Positions 10,979 to 21,439 of a stretch of DNA of 64,000 nucleotides are shown one piece after another. Each line of letters begins with the position of its first letter. The stretch's first letter is position 1. A program made the position numbers and the translations under genes. A model generated the notes under the pieces. That model had not been told where the DNA came from, made no database searches, and saw only the letters and a program-made list of their open reading frames with translations. Source of the stretch: Clostridiaceae bacterium (GTDB lineage: Bacteria > Bacillota > Clostridia > TANB77 > CAG-508); the NCBI GenBank assembly GCA_012513065.1, contig JAAZCX010000064.1, forward strand, positions 4,046 to 68,045. Direction: 5' to 3'.

Positions 10979-11656
10979 ATGAATGATATTACAGCATTAA
11001 TAGTAGATGATGAATCAAGAATGCGAAAACTAGTAAAAGACTTCTTAAATAAAAAAGGATATAAAACGTTAGAAGCTGAAAATGGTGAAGAAGCTTTAAA
11101 AGTATTTAATGACAATCAAAAAGAAATAAATATTATTTTATTAGATGTAATGATGCCTAAATTAGATGGATGGTCTGTATTAAGACAAATTAGACAAATA
11201 TCTAAAGTACCAATTATTATGCTAACTGCGAGAGGAGAAGAGCAGGACGAATTATTTGGATTTGAACTTGGCGTAGATGAATATGTTTCAAAACCATTTA
11301 GCCCTAAGATTTTAGTGGCTCGTGTAGAAGCAATTTTAAATCGTACTATGAAAAAAGAGAGTCAAATAAAAGATTATGATGGAATCTTAATAGATTGTGA
11401 AGGTAGAAACGTAAAAATAGATGGAAAAGCAATAGAATTTAGTCTTAGAGAATATGAATTATTAAAATATTTATTAGATAATGAAGGAATTGCATTATCT
11501 AGGGATAAGATATTAAATAATGTGTGGAATTATGATTATTATGGAGATTCTAGGACAATTGATAGCCATATAAAAAAGATTCGCCACAAACTTGGTAAAA
11601 AAGGAAAAAATATAAAAACTATAAGAGGAATAGGATATAAATTTGAAATAAAATAG
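10979..11656 (+). CDS. OmpR-family response regulator
   Basis: The receiver domain (ALIVDDE...ILLDVMMPKLDG) is followed by a winged-helix output domain (REYELLKYLLDNEG...IKTIRGIGYKF). Confidence 0.9.
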   Translation: MNDITALIVDDESRMRKLVKDFLNKKGYKTLEAENGEEALKVFNDNQKEINIILLDVMMPKLDGWSVLRQIRQISKVPIIMLTARGEEQDELFGFELGVDEYVSKPFSPKILVARVEAILNRTMKKESQIKDYDGILIDCEGRNVKIDGKAIEFSLREYELLKYLLDNEGIALSRDKILNNVWNYDYYGDSRTIDSHIKKIRHKLGKKGKNIKTIRGIGYKFEIK

Positions 11657-11664
11657 GAGTAGAT

Positions 11665-13185
11665 ATGAATAAGGTTAAAGATAAAGATAAGTTTAAATCG
11701 GTTAGAGTAAAATTATTTTTTTCTTTTTGTATAGCAGTAACAATAATTATATTATTCTTAATTATAATAAATAATGTTGTATTAGAAACTGTATATTTAT
11801 ATGCAAAAAGTAAGAAAGTAGAAACGGCATATGAAAAAATCAATAGTTTCTATACTGAAACAGTGAAAATAGAAAATATAGAACAAGATTTAAATAAAAT
11901 ATCAATGAAAAATGATTTTGATATATTAATATTAGATAATAAAAATGAACTATTATATACTTCTAATAAAAATTCAAGTTATACTATAAATAAATTTAAT
12001 AAATCAATAAATGACAATGATAAGACTGAATTTAAAGAAGAATTTTCTCAAGATAGTAAATATGTTTATAAAAAAGATAAGATAACAATTAAAAAAATAT
12101 TAGACAAAAAAAATAATATAAATTATATTTTTTTATCTTCAAAATTGGATAATGGAAATTCTTTATACGTATGTACACAAGTAGAATCTATTAAAGAGAG
12201 TGTAAAAATATCTAATAATTTATTAATTCTAATTGGTGGTATATCAATGATTGTTACAGGAATCATAGCATCTTTTATGTCTAAGAAATTTACGAATCCA
12301 ATTCTACAATTAAATGATATTGCTAAGAATATGTCTGATTTAAAATTTGATAAGAGATATCAAGAAAAAAATATAAATGATGAAGTAAATAATCTTGGAA
12401 AAAGTATAAACATAATGGCTGATAAATTAGAGTCAACTATACGAGAATTAAAAAATACAAATATAGAATTGGAAAAAGATATAGAAGAAAAATCTAAAAT
12501 CGATGAAATGAGAAAACAATTTATATCAGATGTATCACATGAATTAAAAACACCAATAGCATTAATACAAGGATATGCAGAAGGTTTAATAGAAAATGTA
12601 AATACTGATGAAAAATCTAGAAAATTTTATGCAGAAGTAATATTAGATGAAACAAATAAAATGGATACTCTAGTAAAACAATTATTGGAATTAAGTAAAT
12701 TAGAATATGGTAAAAGAAAATTTAATAATGTTAAATTTAATGTAGTAGAACTTATTAATGAGATAATAAGAAAATGTAATGTAATATTAAAAGAAAATAA
12801 AATAAATGTAGAATTTGATAAAAGTAAAAATGTATATGTAAAAGCAGATGAATTTTATATTGATCAAGTTATAACAAATTATTTTACTAATGCAATAAAA
12901 AATGCAAAAGAAGTTGATGGAAATAAGGTAATAAAAATAGCAATGGAGAAAAGAAAAGATAAACTAAGAATTAGTGTGTTTAATACAGGAGAAAATATAA
13001 AAGAAGATGATATAAATAGAATATGGAAACGTTTTTATAAAGTAGATACTTCAAGAAATAGAGAACAAGGTGGAACAGGAATAGGATTAGCATTAGTAAA
13101 AGCAATTATGAATAATTATAAAAACGACTTTGGTGTAATAAACAAAAAAAATGGAGTTGAATTCTACTTTGAATTAGATAAATAA
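11665..13185 (+). CDS. sensor histidine kinase (TM-sensor-TM-HAMP-HisKA-HATPase)
   Basis: H-box FISDVSHELKTPIA, N-box YFTNAIKNA and G-box REQGGTGIGLALVKAI. Adjacent to the response regulator. Confidence 0.9.
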   Translation: MNKVKDKDKFKSVRVKLFFSFCIAVTIIILFLIIINNVVLETVYLYAKSKKVETAYEKINSFYTETVKIENIEQDLNKISMKNDFDILILDNKNELLYTSNKNSSYTINKFNKSINDNDKTEFKEEFSQDSKYVYKKDKITIKKILDKKNNINYIFLSSKLDNGNSLYVCTQVESIKESVKISNNLLILIGGISMIVTGIIASFMSKKFTNPILQLNDIAKNMSDLKFDKRYQEKNINDEVNNLGKSINIMADKLESTIRELKNTNIELEKDIEEKSKIDEMRKQFISDVSHELKTPIALIQGYAEGLIENVNTDEKSRKFYAEVILDETNKMDTLVKQLLELSKLEYGKRKFNNVKFNVVELINEIIRKCNVILKENKINVEFDKSKNVYVKADEFYIDQVITNYFTNAIKNAKEVDGNKVIKIAMEKRKDKLRISVFNTGENIKEDDINRIWKRFYKVDTSRNREQGGTGIGLALVKAIMNNYKNDFGVINKKNGVEFYFELDK

Positions 13186-13470
13186 GAAGTAAAAAGTATG
13201 GAAAAGTGCTATAAAATTTTCTATGCTTTTTATTTTAATGTCGAAAAATGAAATAAAATTTAAGAAAAAAACACTTTACAAAAATGGAAAAATATGGTAA
13301 CATAATGTTAGAAATTCAAATTGCAATTTAAATTCTAAAAAAATTAATCTAAAAAGTTAAGAATATTCATTAACAAATTTCACAAATCAAAATGTAAAAT
13401 TCAAAAGAAAAATCAATAAATACTTAAGAAAAATATAAATAAAATAAGAAAGGTTAGGTGAAATATATGC

Positions 13471-14085
13471 ATGTTTAACTATAGCAAAAGAAACTTGATA
13501 ATAATTTCTTTTATTTCTTCTATAGTTATATTAGTATTCATAAATTATATTCTAAAGAATTTTAATGAAAATCAAAAAAAGAAAGAAAATTTTAATTTAA
13601 TTCAAAAAACAAATCAAATAATTTCCAATACAAATGTAAATAAAGACGAAGAAAAAAATAAAGAATGTGAAAAAGAACAAATTGTAAAAAATCAATATAA
13701 TAAAAACAATTGGAGAATTTTAATTCCAAAAATCAACTTAGATGCTCCTATTTTAGAAGGAACAAACAAAGAAAATTTAAGAAGAGGAGTAGGGCATTTT
13801 AAACAAACAGATAAATGGGATGGAAATGTATGTCTTGCTGCTCACAATAGAGGATACAAATATAACTTTTTCCAGGAAATTAAAAGATTAGAAATAGGTG
13901 ATACAATTGAGTACCACAATAAAAAAAGGATCAGAACTTATTCTGTAACGTGGAAAGGAAAAATAAAAGAAACAGATTTATCTTATTTGAGATATACAAA
14001 TGATAACAAATTAACTTTAATAACATGTGCTGAAAATATGCCTGAATACCGATTGTGTATTCAGGCATATGAAATAAAAATATAA
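13471..14085 (+). CDS. sortase-family transpeptidase
   Basis: N-terminal TM anchor. GHFKQTD...NVCLAAHN (catalytic His region) and KLTLITC (TLxTC catalytic Cys motif). Confidence 0.8.
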   Translation: MFNYSKRNLIIISFISSIVILVFINYILKNFNENQKKKENFNLIQKTNQIISNTNVNKDEEKNKECEKEQIVKNQYNKNNWRILIPKINLDAPILEGTNKENLRRGVGHFKQTDKWDGNVCLAAHNRGYKYNFFQEIKRLEIGDTIEYHNKKRIRTYSVTWKGKIKETDLSYLRYTNDNKLTLITCAENMPEYRLCIQAYEIKI

Positions 14086-14187
14086 ATAAATAGAAATTTG
14101 TTGACAGCATAAGATTGTTAAATATATAATAAAAATACAAAAATAGGGAATAAATATAAAAAGAATAATAAGAGAGGAAAGTTAAAA

Positions 14188-15477
14188 TTGTTAACACAAA
14201 TTATAATTCTGTTTATATTAATTCTTATAAATGCGTATTTTGCAACTACAGAAATTGCATTTATCTCGTTAAATGATATAAAAATATCAAAACAGGCAAG
14301 AAATGGTGATAAAAAAGCCCGAAAAATTGAAAAAATGTTAAAAAATCCAAGTAATTTCTTAGCTACAATACAAATTGGTATTACATTAGCTGGATTTTTA
14401 TCAAGTGCATTTGCGTCAGATACTTTTTCAGATAATCTAGCAAACACATTAAATGGGATATTTCCACAGATTTCAATTAGTATACTTAAAAGAATTTCAA
14501 TTATAGTAATTACTATTATATTATCATTTTTTACTTTAGTATTAGGAGAGTTAGTGCCTAAAAGATTAGCAATGAAATATTATGAAAAAATTGCATATTC
14601 AACTGTAAATATTATTAAATTTATTTCTAATTTAACATTACCATTTGCAAAAATATTAGAAAAATCTACAAATATAATTTCAAAATTATTTGGGATTTCA
14701 GGACATGAGGAAGAAATAGTTACAGAAGAAGAAATAAAAATGATGATTGATGAAGGTGAAGAAAAAGGAGCTATTGAAGAAGACGAAAAAGAAATGATAC
14801 ACAATATATTTGAATTTAATGATATAACAGTTTCAGAAGTAATGACACATAGAACAGATTTATATGCAATACAAATAAACTCGAACATTGAAGATATAAT
14901 AAAGTACTTAGATGAATACAAATATAGTAGAATTCCGGTATACGGAGAAACGATAGATGATATTAAAGGAATACTTTTTATAAAAGATTTATTAAAATAT
15001 TTGCATGGAAAAAAACAAATTAAAATAAAAAACATTATAAGAGAAGCGTATTTTGTATCAGAAAATAGACCAATAAATGAATTATTTAAAGAATTACAAA
15101 AAAATAAAATGCAAATGGCAATAGTAATTGATGAATATGGCGGAACAGCAGGAATAGTAACAATGGAAGATTTACTAGAAGAAATTGTTGGAAACATCTT
15201 TGATGAATATGATGAAGTAGAATCAGAATATAAAAAAATTGATGATAATACATTTATTATTAACGGAAGCGTAACAATAAATGAATTGAAAAAGATATTG
15301 AATGTAGATATTCCTGAGGGAGAATATGAAACGTTGTCCGGATATTTACTTGAATTAATTGGTAGAATTCCAGAAGACAATGAAAATCCAATTGTAGAAA
15401 CAGAAAATATATGTTATAAAGTAGAAAAATATGAAGATAAAAGAATTTTGTTAGTAAAAGTTTGTAAAATACAATAA
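14188..15477 (+). CDS. HlyC/CorC (CNNM/TlyC) family transporter: DUF21-CBS pair-CorC_HlyC
   Basis: N-terminus INAYFATTEIAFISLN, then GELVPKRLA, a CBS region, and the C-terminal ...GYLLELIGRIPE... Confidence 0.85.
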   Translation: MLTQIIILFILILINAYFATTEIAFISLNDIKISKQARNGDKKARKIEKMLKNPSNFLATIQIGITLAGFLSSAFASDTFSDNLANTLNGIFPQISISILKRISIIVITIILSFFTLVLGELVPKRLAMKYYEKIAYSTVNIIKFISNLTLPFAKILEKSTNIISKLFGISGHEEEIVTEEEIKMMIDEGEEKGAIEEDEKEMIHNIFEFNDITVSEVMTHRTDLYAIQINSNIEDIIKYLDEYKYSRIPVYGETIDDIKGILFIKDLLKYLHGKKQIKIKNIIREAYFVSENRPINELFKELQKNKMQMAIVIDEYGGTAGIVTMEDLLEEIVGNIFDEYDEVESEYKKIDDNTFIINGSVTINELKKILNVDIPEGEYETLSGYLLELIGRIPEDNENPIVETENICYKVEKYEDKRILLVKVCKIQ

Positions 15478-15504
15478 TCAAAAGAAAAAATAGGAGGAAA
15501 TAAA

Positions 15505-17287
15505 ATGGAGAATGATAAAAATGAAAAAGAAAAAAGAAGTGTAAAAAAGAAATATATAATTATACCAATTATCATTCTAACAATAATCATAAGTATAATA
15601 GTAGGGCTAATGTTTATTAATTATAATGATAAAAGTTATGATATAGAAAATGTAACAGTATTTTCTTATTTTAAATTATATGAAAATGAAAAATATGGAA
15701 TAATTGATGCAAAAGGAAATACATTAGTTGAAGCAAAATATGATAATATAGATATTCCAAATCCATCAAAACCAGTATTTATTGTTTATTCAAATTATGA
15801 TTCACAAAAAGGTGAATATGAAACACAAGTAATAAATGAAAAAAACGAAAAAATTTTAACTCAATATGAACAAGTTCTACCTATTACATTAAAAGAATCA
15901 AACAGTTCACTTCCTTATGAAAAAAGTGTACTAGTATATAAAGAAAATAATAAATATGGAATAATTGATTTTAAAGGTAAAAAAATAACAAATGCATTAT
16001 ATAATTCTATCGAAAGTTTATTATATAAAGAAGGTTGTCTTATTGTAAAAAAAGAAGAAAAATATGGAATTATTAATATTAAAGGTAAAGATGTAGTAAA
16101 GACTGAATATGACTCAATAACTGCAGATGGATATTATGATGAAGAAACTAAATATAAAAAAGCGGGGTTTATTGTAGGACAAAAGAAAAATGAAGGATAT
16201 AGATACCGGATATATTAGTAATAATTCTGATAGTATATTAGATGTAGAATATAATGAAATAAATCGAATTACAGAAATAAACAGTGAAAAAGAGATATAT
16301 TTATTAGCTTTTAAAAATGGACAAGCGGGTATATATAAAAACAAAGAACAAGTATTAAAGCATAATTATGAAGAAATAGAATATAACAAAACAAATGAAG
16401 TATTTATTGTACAGAAAAAAGAAAAACAAGGTGTTATAAGTAAAGAAGGAAAAGAAATACTAAAATCAGAATATGATTACATCATAATATCTGGAGATAA
16501 AATAAATGCAGAAAAAGACCAAATTTTATACATATATGATATGAATGGAAATAAACAAAATATAGAAACTAATACAACATTATTATCAACAGACAATGAG
16601 CAATATTTTATTACAATAAATGAACAAGAAAAATTTGGAGTAATAGATAATACAGGAAAAACTATTATAGAAAATAAATATCAATATATTGAATATGCAT
16701 TTGGAGATTATTTCATAGCTACAAACGAGGGAAAAGTAGGAGTAATAGATAAAGACCAAAATATAAAAATTGATTTTAGTTATAATGTAATACAAAAAAT
16801 TAAAGATACTAATATATTACAAGCTATTATGCCATCAAATAATATAAGTGATATATATAATTCAAATTTAGAGAAAATAATATCTATGAAAGATGCAACA
16901 ATAATAATTGAAAATGATTATATAAAATTATTATCAATAGGAGAAAGAAAATATTTTGACAAAAATGGAAAAGAATTAAATAATAAAGAAATATTTACAA
17001 ATTCTAAACTATTTGCATTTAATAAAGATGAAAAATGGGGATTTGTTGATAGTGAAGAAAATATAAAAGTAGATGTAATTTATGATATGGTTACAGAATT
17101 AAACAATTATGGATTTGCAGGAATAAAAAAAGATGGAAAATGGGGAGTAATAAATGATGAAGGTAAAATAATAGTAGAACCTTCATATGAAGTAGAATGG
17201 AATGAACCAGAATTTATAGGAGAATATTTAAAATTAAATTTTGGATATGGATTTTGTTATTATACAAAACAAATAAATAACCAGTAA
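15505..17287 (+). CDS. membrane-anchored WG/KWG-repeat protein, frame break at in-frame CGG 16207..16209
   Basis: ORF-track pieces 15505..16218 and 16190..17287 belong together. Both carry repeats of the type EKYGIIDAKGN, NKYGIIDFKGK, EKFGVIDNTGK and GKWGVINDEGK. The break falls inside one repeat (GYRY|GYISNNSD). Confidence 0.75.
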
Positions 17288-17429
17288 GCATAGATATAAA
17301 AAATTATTAAAAGACTTGTAAAATCATTAAAAATATGATAAAATGCTAATGTTGTAAAAATGAGATGATTTTTACATCCTTACTTACATATTAATGTAGG
17401 TTATTAATCCAAAGGGAGGTGAAAAAATA

Positions 17430-17711
17430 ATGAATAAATACGAGAGTGTTATCATTATTAATCCAAATGTTGATGAAGAGGGAACAAAAGCACTTGTTCA
17501 AAAATTTACAGATTTGATTAATAATGACGGAAAATTAGAAAAAGCAGATGAATTAGGAAAAAGAAAATTAGCTTATGAAATACAAAAAAACAAAGAAGGT
17601 TATTATGTTATATTTTATTTTGAAGCAAATTCAAATTTAATTTCTGAACTTGAAAGAAATTATCGTATTACAGATGAAGTTATAAAATTCATGACTGTAA
17701 AAGTAGAATAG
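17430..17711 (+). CDS. rpsF: 30S ribosomal protein S6
   Basis: MNKYESVIIINPNVDEE...KLAYEIQKNKEGYY. Conserved rpsF-ssb-rpsR order. Confidence 0.95.
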   Translation: MNKYESVIIINPNVDEEGTKALVQKFTDLINNDGKLEKADELGKRKLAYEIQKNKEGYYVIFYFEANSNLISELERNYRITDEVIKFMTVKVE

Positions 17712-17748
17712 TAGAATAGGAGCCTTTTAAGAAAGGTAAGGTAAAAAT

Positions 17749-18174
17749 ATGAATAAAGTAATTTTGATGGGAAGATTAACAAGAGATCCAGAAGTTAGAT
17801 ATACACAATCTAATAACAATTTAGTAGCTTCTTTTAGCTTAGCAGTTAATAGAAGATTTGTAAGATCAGGAGAAGAAAGACAAGCTGATTTTATTAATAT
17901 TGTAGCTTGGAGTAAACTTGGAGAATTCTGTAGTAAATACTTTAAAAAAGGACAACAAGTAGGTGTTATTGGAAGAATTCAAACAAGAACATGGGATGAT
18001 GATCAAGGTCAAAAACACTATATTACAGAAGTAATTGCAGAAGAAGCTTATTTTGCAGATACAAAGAGAGATGGAGAAACAGCAGGAAACTTTGATGCAA
18101 CATTTGGTACAATGCCAGATACAGCAGGAAGTTCTGATTTTGAAGTTTCTTCAGGAGACGATTTACCATTTTAA
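17749..18174 (+). CDS. ssb: single-stranded DNA-binding protein
   Basis: MNKVILMGRLTRDPEVRYT..., an OB-fold core and the acidic tail ending DDLPF. Confidence 0.95.
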   Translation: MNKVILMGRLTRDPEVRYTQSNNNLVASFSLAVNRRFVRSGEERQADFINIVAWSKLGEFCSKYFKKGQQVGVIGRIQTRTWDDDQGQKHYITEVIAEEAYFADTKRDGETAGNFDATFGTMPDTAGSSDFEVSSGDDLPF

Positions 18175-18212
18175 GGAAAACACATATATAAGTAGTTAGG
18201 GGGGAAAATATA

Positions 18213-18494
18213 ATGGCAGATAAAAAACAAAAAAGAAATAACAGAAATAATAATGTAGATGATGAATTCAATCCAAGATTTAAAAAAATGAGAAAAAAAG
18301 TTTGTCCTTTATGCGCAGACAAAAATCTTGTATTAGATTATAAAAATGCAGAACAATTAAAGAAATTTATCAATGATAAAGGTAAAATATTACCAAGAAG
18401 AGCAACAGGAGCATGTGCAAAACATCAAAGAGATATTACTTTAGCAGTAAAAAGAGCAAGACAAATAGCAATATTACCTTTTACTCAAGAATAG
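18213..18494 (+). CDS. rpsR: 30S ribosomal protein S18
   Basis: ...KKVCPLC....LDYKN...LKKFI...GKILPRR.TG.CAKHQR.......RARQIA.LPF. Confidence 0.95.
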   Translation: MADKKQKRNNRNNNVDDEFNPRFKKMRKKVCPLCADKNLVLDYKNAEQLKKFINDKGKILPRRATGACAKHQRDITLAVKRARQIAILPFTQE

Positions 18495-18592
18495 TAATAT
18501 AAATACATAGAAAATAAATAAAATAGGGGCTAAATAAAACATAAATGTTTTATTTGGTCTTTTTTTGTTAAAAGAAAGGAAAAAATATAAAA

Positions 18593-20479
18593 ATGAAAAA
18601 TTCGATTAAAAAGAAAATAATAATTATATTTATATTAATGATACAAATAATTCAATTATTTACTAGTTTATCTAAAGTACAAGCTAGTATTAATATAAAT
18701 GATACGATAACATTAAAAGGAGATCATGAATGTGATTCACTTTTAGAATATTGGATGAATGATTATAAAAAATGGAGTTACAAAATTGTTTGGTATGTAT
18801 ATTATACAGATGAACAAGAACAAGTTAAATATCCTGCTTTTTGTATAGAACCTAAGAAAGAAGGGGTAGGTACAGGATATAATTCATATAAAGCAGAAAT
18901 AAAAAAGGAAGATAGTAATCAAATATGGAGAATATTAAATAAAGGATATATGGGTTCAAATTATAAACAATGGAATTTAGAATGTGATGATGATTTATAT
19001 ACTGCAACTAAAGTAGCATTACATTCTCTAAAAGAAAACATTGCTCCAAAAGATAAATATATATTAGGAACAAGAAGTGTGGATGGGAATACTGTAGAAG
19101 AAATTAAAAGAAGAGCAGAAAAAGTATTAAATGTTTCTGAAATATTATATGAATATGGAATAAATGGAAGTGAAACATATCAGCCACCTAAAATAATCGT
19201 AAAAGAAATAGATAAATATACAGTAGAAAGCATAGAAAACACATCATATTATATACAAAAATATAAAGTTCAAGCAAATAAAAATTTAAAATCTTATGAC
19301 ATCAAAATTCAAAACTTTCCGGAGGGAAGTAAAATATTAAATTCTAATAATGAAGAGGTAGTAACTTTACAAAGTGATACATTTAAAGTTGCAATTCCTA
19401 TACAAAAAATAAAGCAAAATATAAAAGGTAATATTATTATTCAAAATGCTTATGTCAAAACAAATCCAATTTTTTATTGTAATAGTGAAATAAAAGAAGC
19501 TCAAAGCTATGTAACATATACTAATGGTTTTGAAAAAACGAATACAAATATAAATTTAGAAATTGATGCTAACGAATGTGATTTGTTGATAAATAAAATT
19601 GACAAAGAAACAAAACAACCAATTGCAAATGTAAAATTTGAAGTAAGTGATATTAATAAAAATAAAATTGCAGAAGTAGTAACAAATGACAAAGGAATAG
19701 CAATGTTAAAAAAATTATATCCACAAACAGTATTTATAAAAGAAATAGAAGTACCTGAAAATTATGTGCTATCTAACGAAGAAAAGCAAATAAAATTAGA
19801 ATGGAAAAAAACTACATCAATTTCTTTTGAAAATGAATTAAAAAAAGGATCTTTAGAAATAACAAAAACAGATAAAGAAAATAAAGATATAAAATTAGAA
19901 GGAGTAAAGTTTAAATTATATAATTCAAAAGAAAATTTAATTAAAGAATTAACTACAGATAAAAATGGAAAAATATATGTAGATAACTTAAAAATAGGAA
20001 ATTATTTAATACAAGAAGTAGAAACTAATAAAAACTATATATTAGATAGTAAAAGAGAAAAAATAAATATTGAGTATAACAAAATAACAAAGTTAAATAT
20101 AAAAAATGAGAAAATAAAAGGAAAAATTAAAATTTTAAAAATTAGTGAAGATGATAATCAAATAAATAATAAATTAAAAGGAAGTCCAATAGAAAATGTA
20201 GAATTTGAAATTAAAAATAATAAAAACGAATTAGTTCAAATATTAGTTACAAATGAAAAAGGAGAAGCTATTAGTAATGAATTAGAAAAAGGTATATATA
20301 AAATAAAAGAAATAAAAGCAAATGAACATTATCAAATAAATAATGAAGATTTTGAAATTGAAATTGTAGAAAATAATAAAATACAAGAAATTATAATTAC
20401 TAATAAATCTAAAAAAGTTGAGAAACCAGAAGAACCTATAGAATCAGAAATTCCTAAATTACCAAGAACAGGATTTTAA
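18593..20479 (+). CDS. secreted surface protein: thioester-like N-domain plus Cna-B/SpaA-type repeats, ending LPRTGF-stop
   Basis: Signal peptide present. AFCIEPKKEG resembles the Cys motif of a thioester domain. Several repeats follow, such as GSLEITKTDKENKDIKLEGVKFKLYN...DKNGKIYVDNLKIGNYLIQEVETNKNYIL. LPRTG is at 20459..20473. Confidence 0.75.
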   Translation: MKNSIKKKIIIIFILMIQIIQLFTSLSKVQASININDTITLKGDHECDSLLEYWMNDYKKWSYKIVWYVYYTDEQEQVKYPAFCIEPKKEGVGTGYNSYKAEIKKEDSNQIWRILNKGYMGSNYKQWNLECDDDLYTATKVALHSLKENIAPKDKYILGTRSVDGNTVEEIKRRAEKVLNVSEILYEYGINGSETYQPPKIIVKEIDKYTVESIENTSYYIQKYKVQANKNLKSYDIKIQNFPEGSKILNSNNEEVVTLQSDTFKVAIPIQKIKQNIKGNIIIQNAYVKTNPIFYCNSEIKEAQSYVTYTNGFEKTNTNINLEIDANECDLLINKIDKETKQPIANVKFEVSDINKNKIAEVVTNDKGIAMLKKLYPQTVFIKEIEVPENYVLSNEEKQIKLEWKKTTSISFENELKKGSLEITKTDKENKDIKLEGVKFKLYNSKENLIKELTTDKNGKIYVDNLKIGNYLIQEVETNKNYILDSKREKINIEYNKITKLNIKNEKIKGKIKILKISEDDNQINNKLKGSPIENVEFEIKNNKNELVQILVTNEKGEAISNELEKGIYKIKEIKANEHYQINNEDFEIEIVENNKIQEIIITNKSKKVEKPEEPIESEIPKLPRTGF

Positions 20480-20554
20480 ATAAATAACTTATTTAATGTT
20501 TAAACATATAATATTTGTAAATACTATAAGTAAAACATTTTTGGAGGTATATTA

Positions 20555-21412
20555 GTGAAATTAGGAATTGCATTATCAGGTGGAGGAATAAGAGGAATTG
20601 CACATGCAGGAGTATTAAAAGCTTTAGAAGATAATAAAATAAAAATAGATATAATAGGAGGATGTAGTAGTGGAAGTATGGTTGCTAGTTTGTATGCAAT
20701 GGGATATTCTCCTTATTATATATATATTCTTTTCAAAAGGTATTCAAAAGATATTTCTTCAATAAATACAAAACCATTTATAACAGGACTCCAAAATCAT
20801 TTTTTTAACAAAAATAAAGCATTAACAGGATTAAAAGATGGAGAAGTAATAGAACAGGTGTATAATAAATTAGCTTTAAGAAAAGGAATAAAAAGTATCT
20901 CTGATATGAAAATGCCAATAGTTATTCCAACAGTAGATATAACAGAATCAAAAGAATATGTATTTACTAATCAAATTCCTATTGAAACAAAAGACAGTAT
21001 ACAATACATAAAAGATATAAGCGTAGGAAAAGCAGTTAGGGCTAGTAGTAGCTTTCCAGCAGTATTTAGTCCATGCTCAGTAGAAACTCATGCTTTTATG
21101 GATGGAGGAGTATTAGACAATATTCCTGTATATGAAGTAAAAAAACAAGGTGCAGATAAAGTTATAGCTGTTAAATTTGATAGTGATCCAATAGATGAAA
21201 ATAGTAATATAATGGATATTGTAATGAAAACTATAGATATTATGGGAAGTAAAGTTTCAGAAGAAAGTCTAGAAATGAGTGACTTGATTTTAAATGTTTA
21301 TACAGATAAAGTTGGATTACTAGATGTAAAGAAATTAGATTCATGTTATAAATATGGATATGATTGTGTAGTTCAAAATATAGATAAAATAAAAAAAATA
21401 GTAGAAAAATAA
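20555..21412 (+). CDS. patatin-like phospholipase
   Basis: GGGIRGIAHAGVLKAL (oxyanion), GCSSGS (GxSxG) and MDGGVLDN (catalytic Asp). Confidence 0.9.
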   Translation: MKLGIALSGGGIRGIAHAGVLKALEDNKIKIDIIGGCSSGSMVASLYAMGYSPYYIYILFKRYSKDISSINTKPFITGLQNHFFNKNKALTGLKDGEVIEQVYNKLALRKGIKSISDMKMPIVIPTVDITESKEYVFTNQIPIETKDSIQYIKDISVGKAVRASSSFPAVFSPCSVETHAFMDGGVLDNIPVYEVKKQGADKVIAVKFDSDPIDENSNIMDIVMKTIDIMGSKVSEESLEMSDLILNVYTDKVGLLDVKKLDSCYKYGYDCVVQNIDKIKKIVEK

Positions 21413-21439
21413 AATAAGTAAGATTAAACTTACTTATTT
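21412..21439. terminator. bidirectional hairpin between the convergent patatin and pflA genes
   Basis: AAATAAGTAAG (21412..21422) pairs with CTTACTTATTT (21429..21439), with loop ATTAAA. A/T runs flank both sides. Confidence 0.6.

Noticed and set aside
14580-15380. 266-aa ORF on the minus strand inside the HlyC/CorC transporter gene
   Set aside because: It is antisense to a well-supported gene. The translation is low-complexity (S/I/F-rich), which is typical of shadow ORFs in AT-rich DNA, and there is no RBS. The same reasoning applies to the other antisense track ORFs: 209..400, 730..948, 2035..2235, 2734..2955, 4184..4564, 7313..7648, 21592..22005, 28884..29309, 31894..32199, 39380..39682, 39893..40129, 40614..40874, 45019..45339, 48604..48879, 48960..49205, 50754..51074, 55121..55411, 60081..60323 and 63255..63497.
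21240-21439. C-terminal 68-residue extension of PflA in the ORF track
   Set aside because: The sequence is low-complexity. It runs through the intergenic terminator hairpin and overlaps the convergent patatin gene by 173 nt. It makes PflA far longer than usual. The extension disappears if the in-frame CGG-A is treated like the other five sites.
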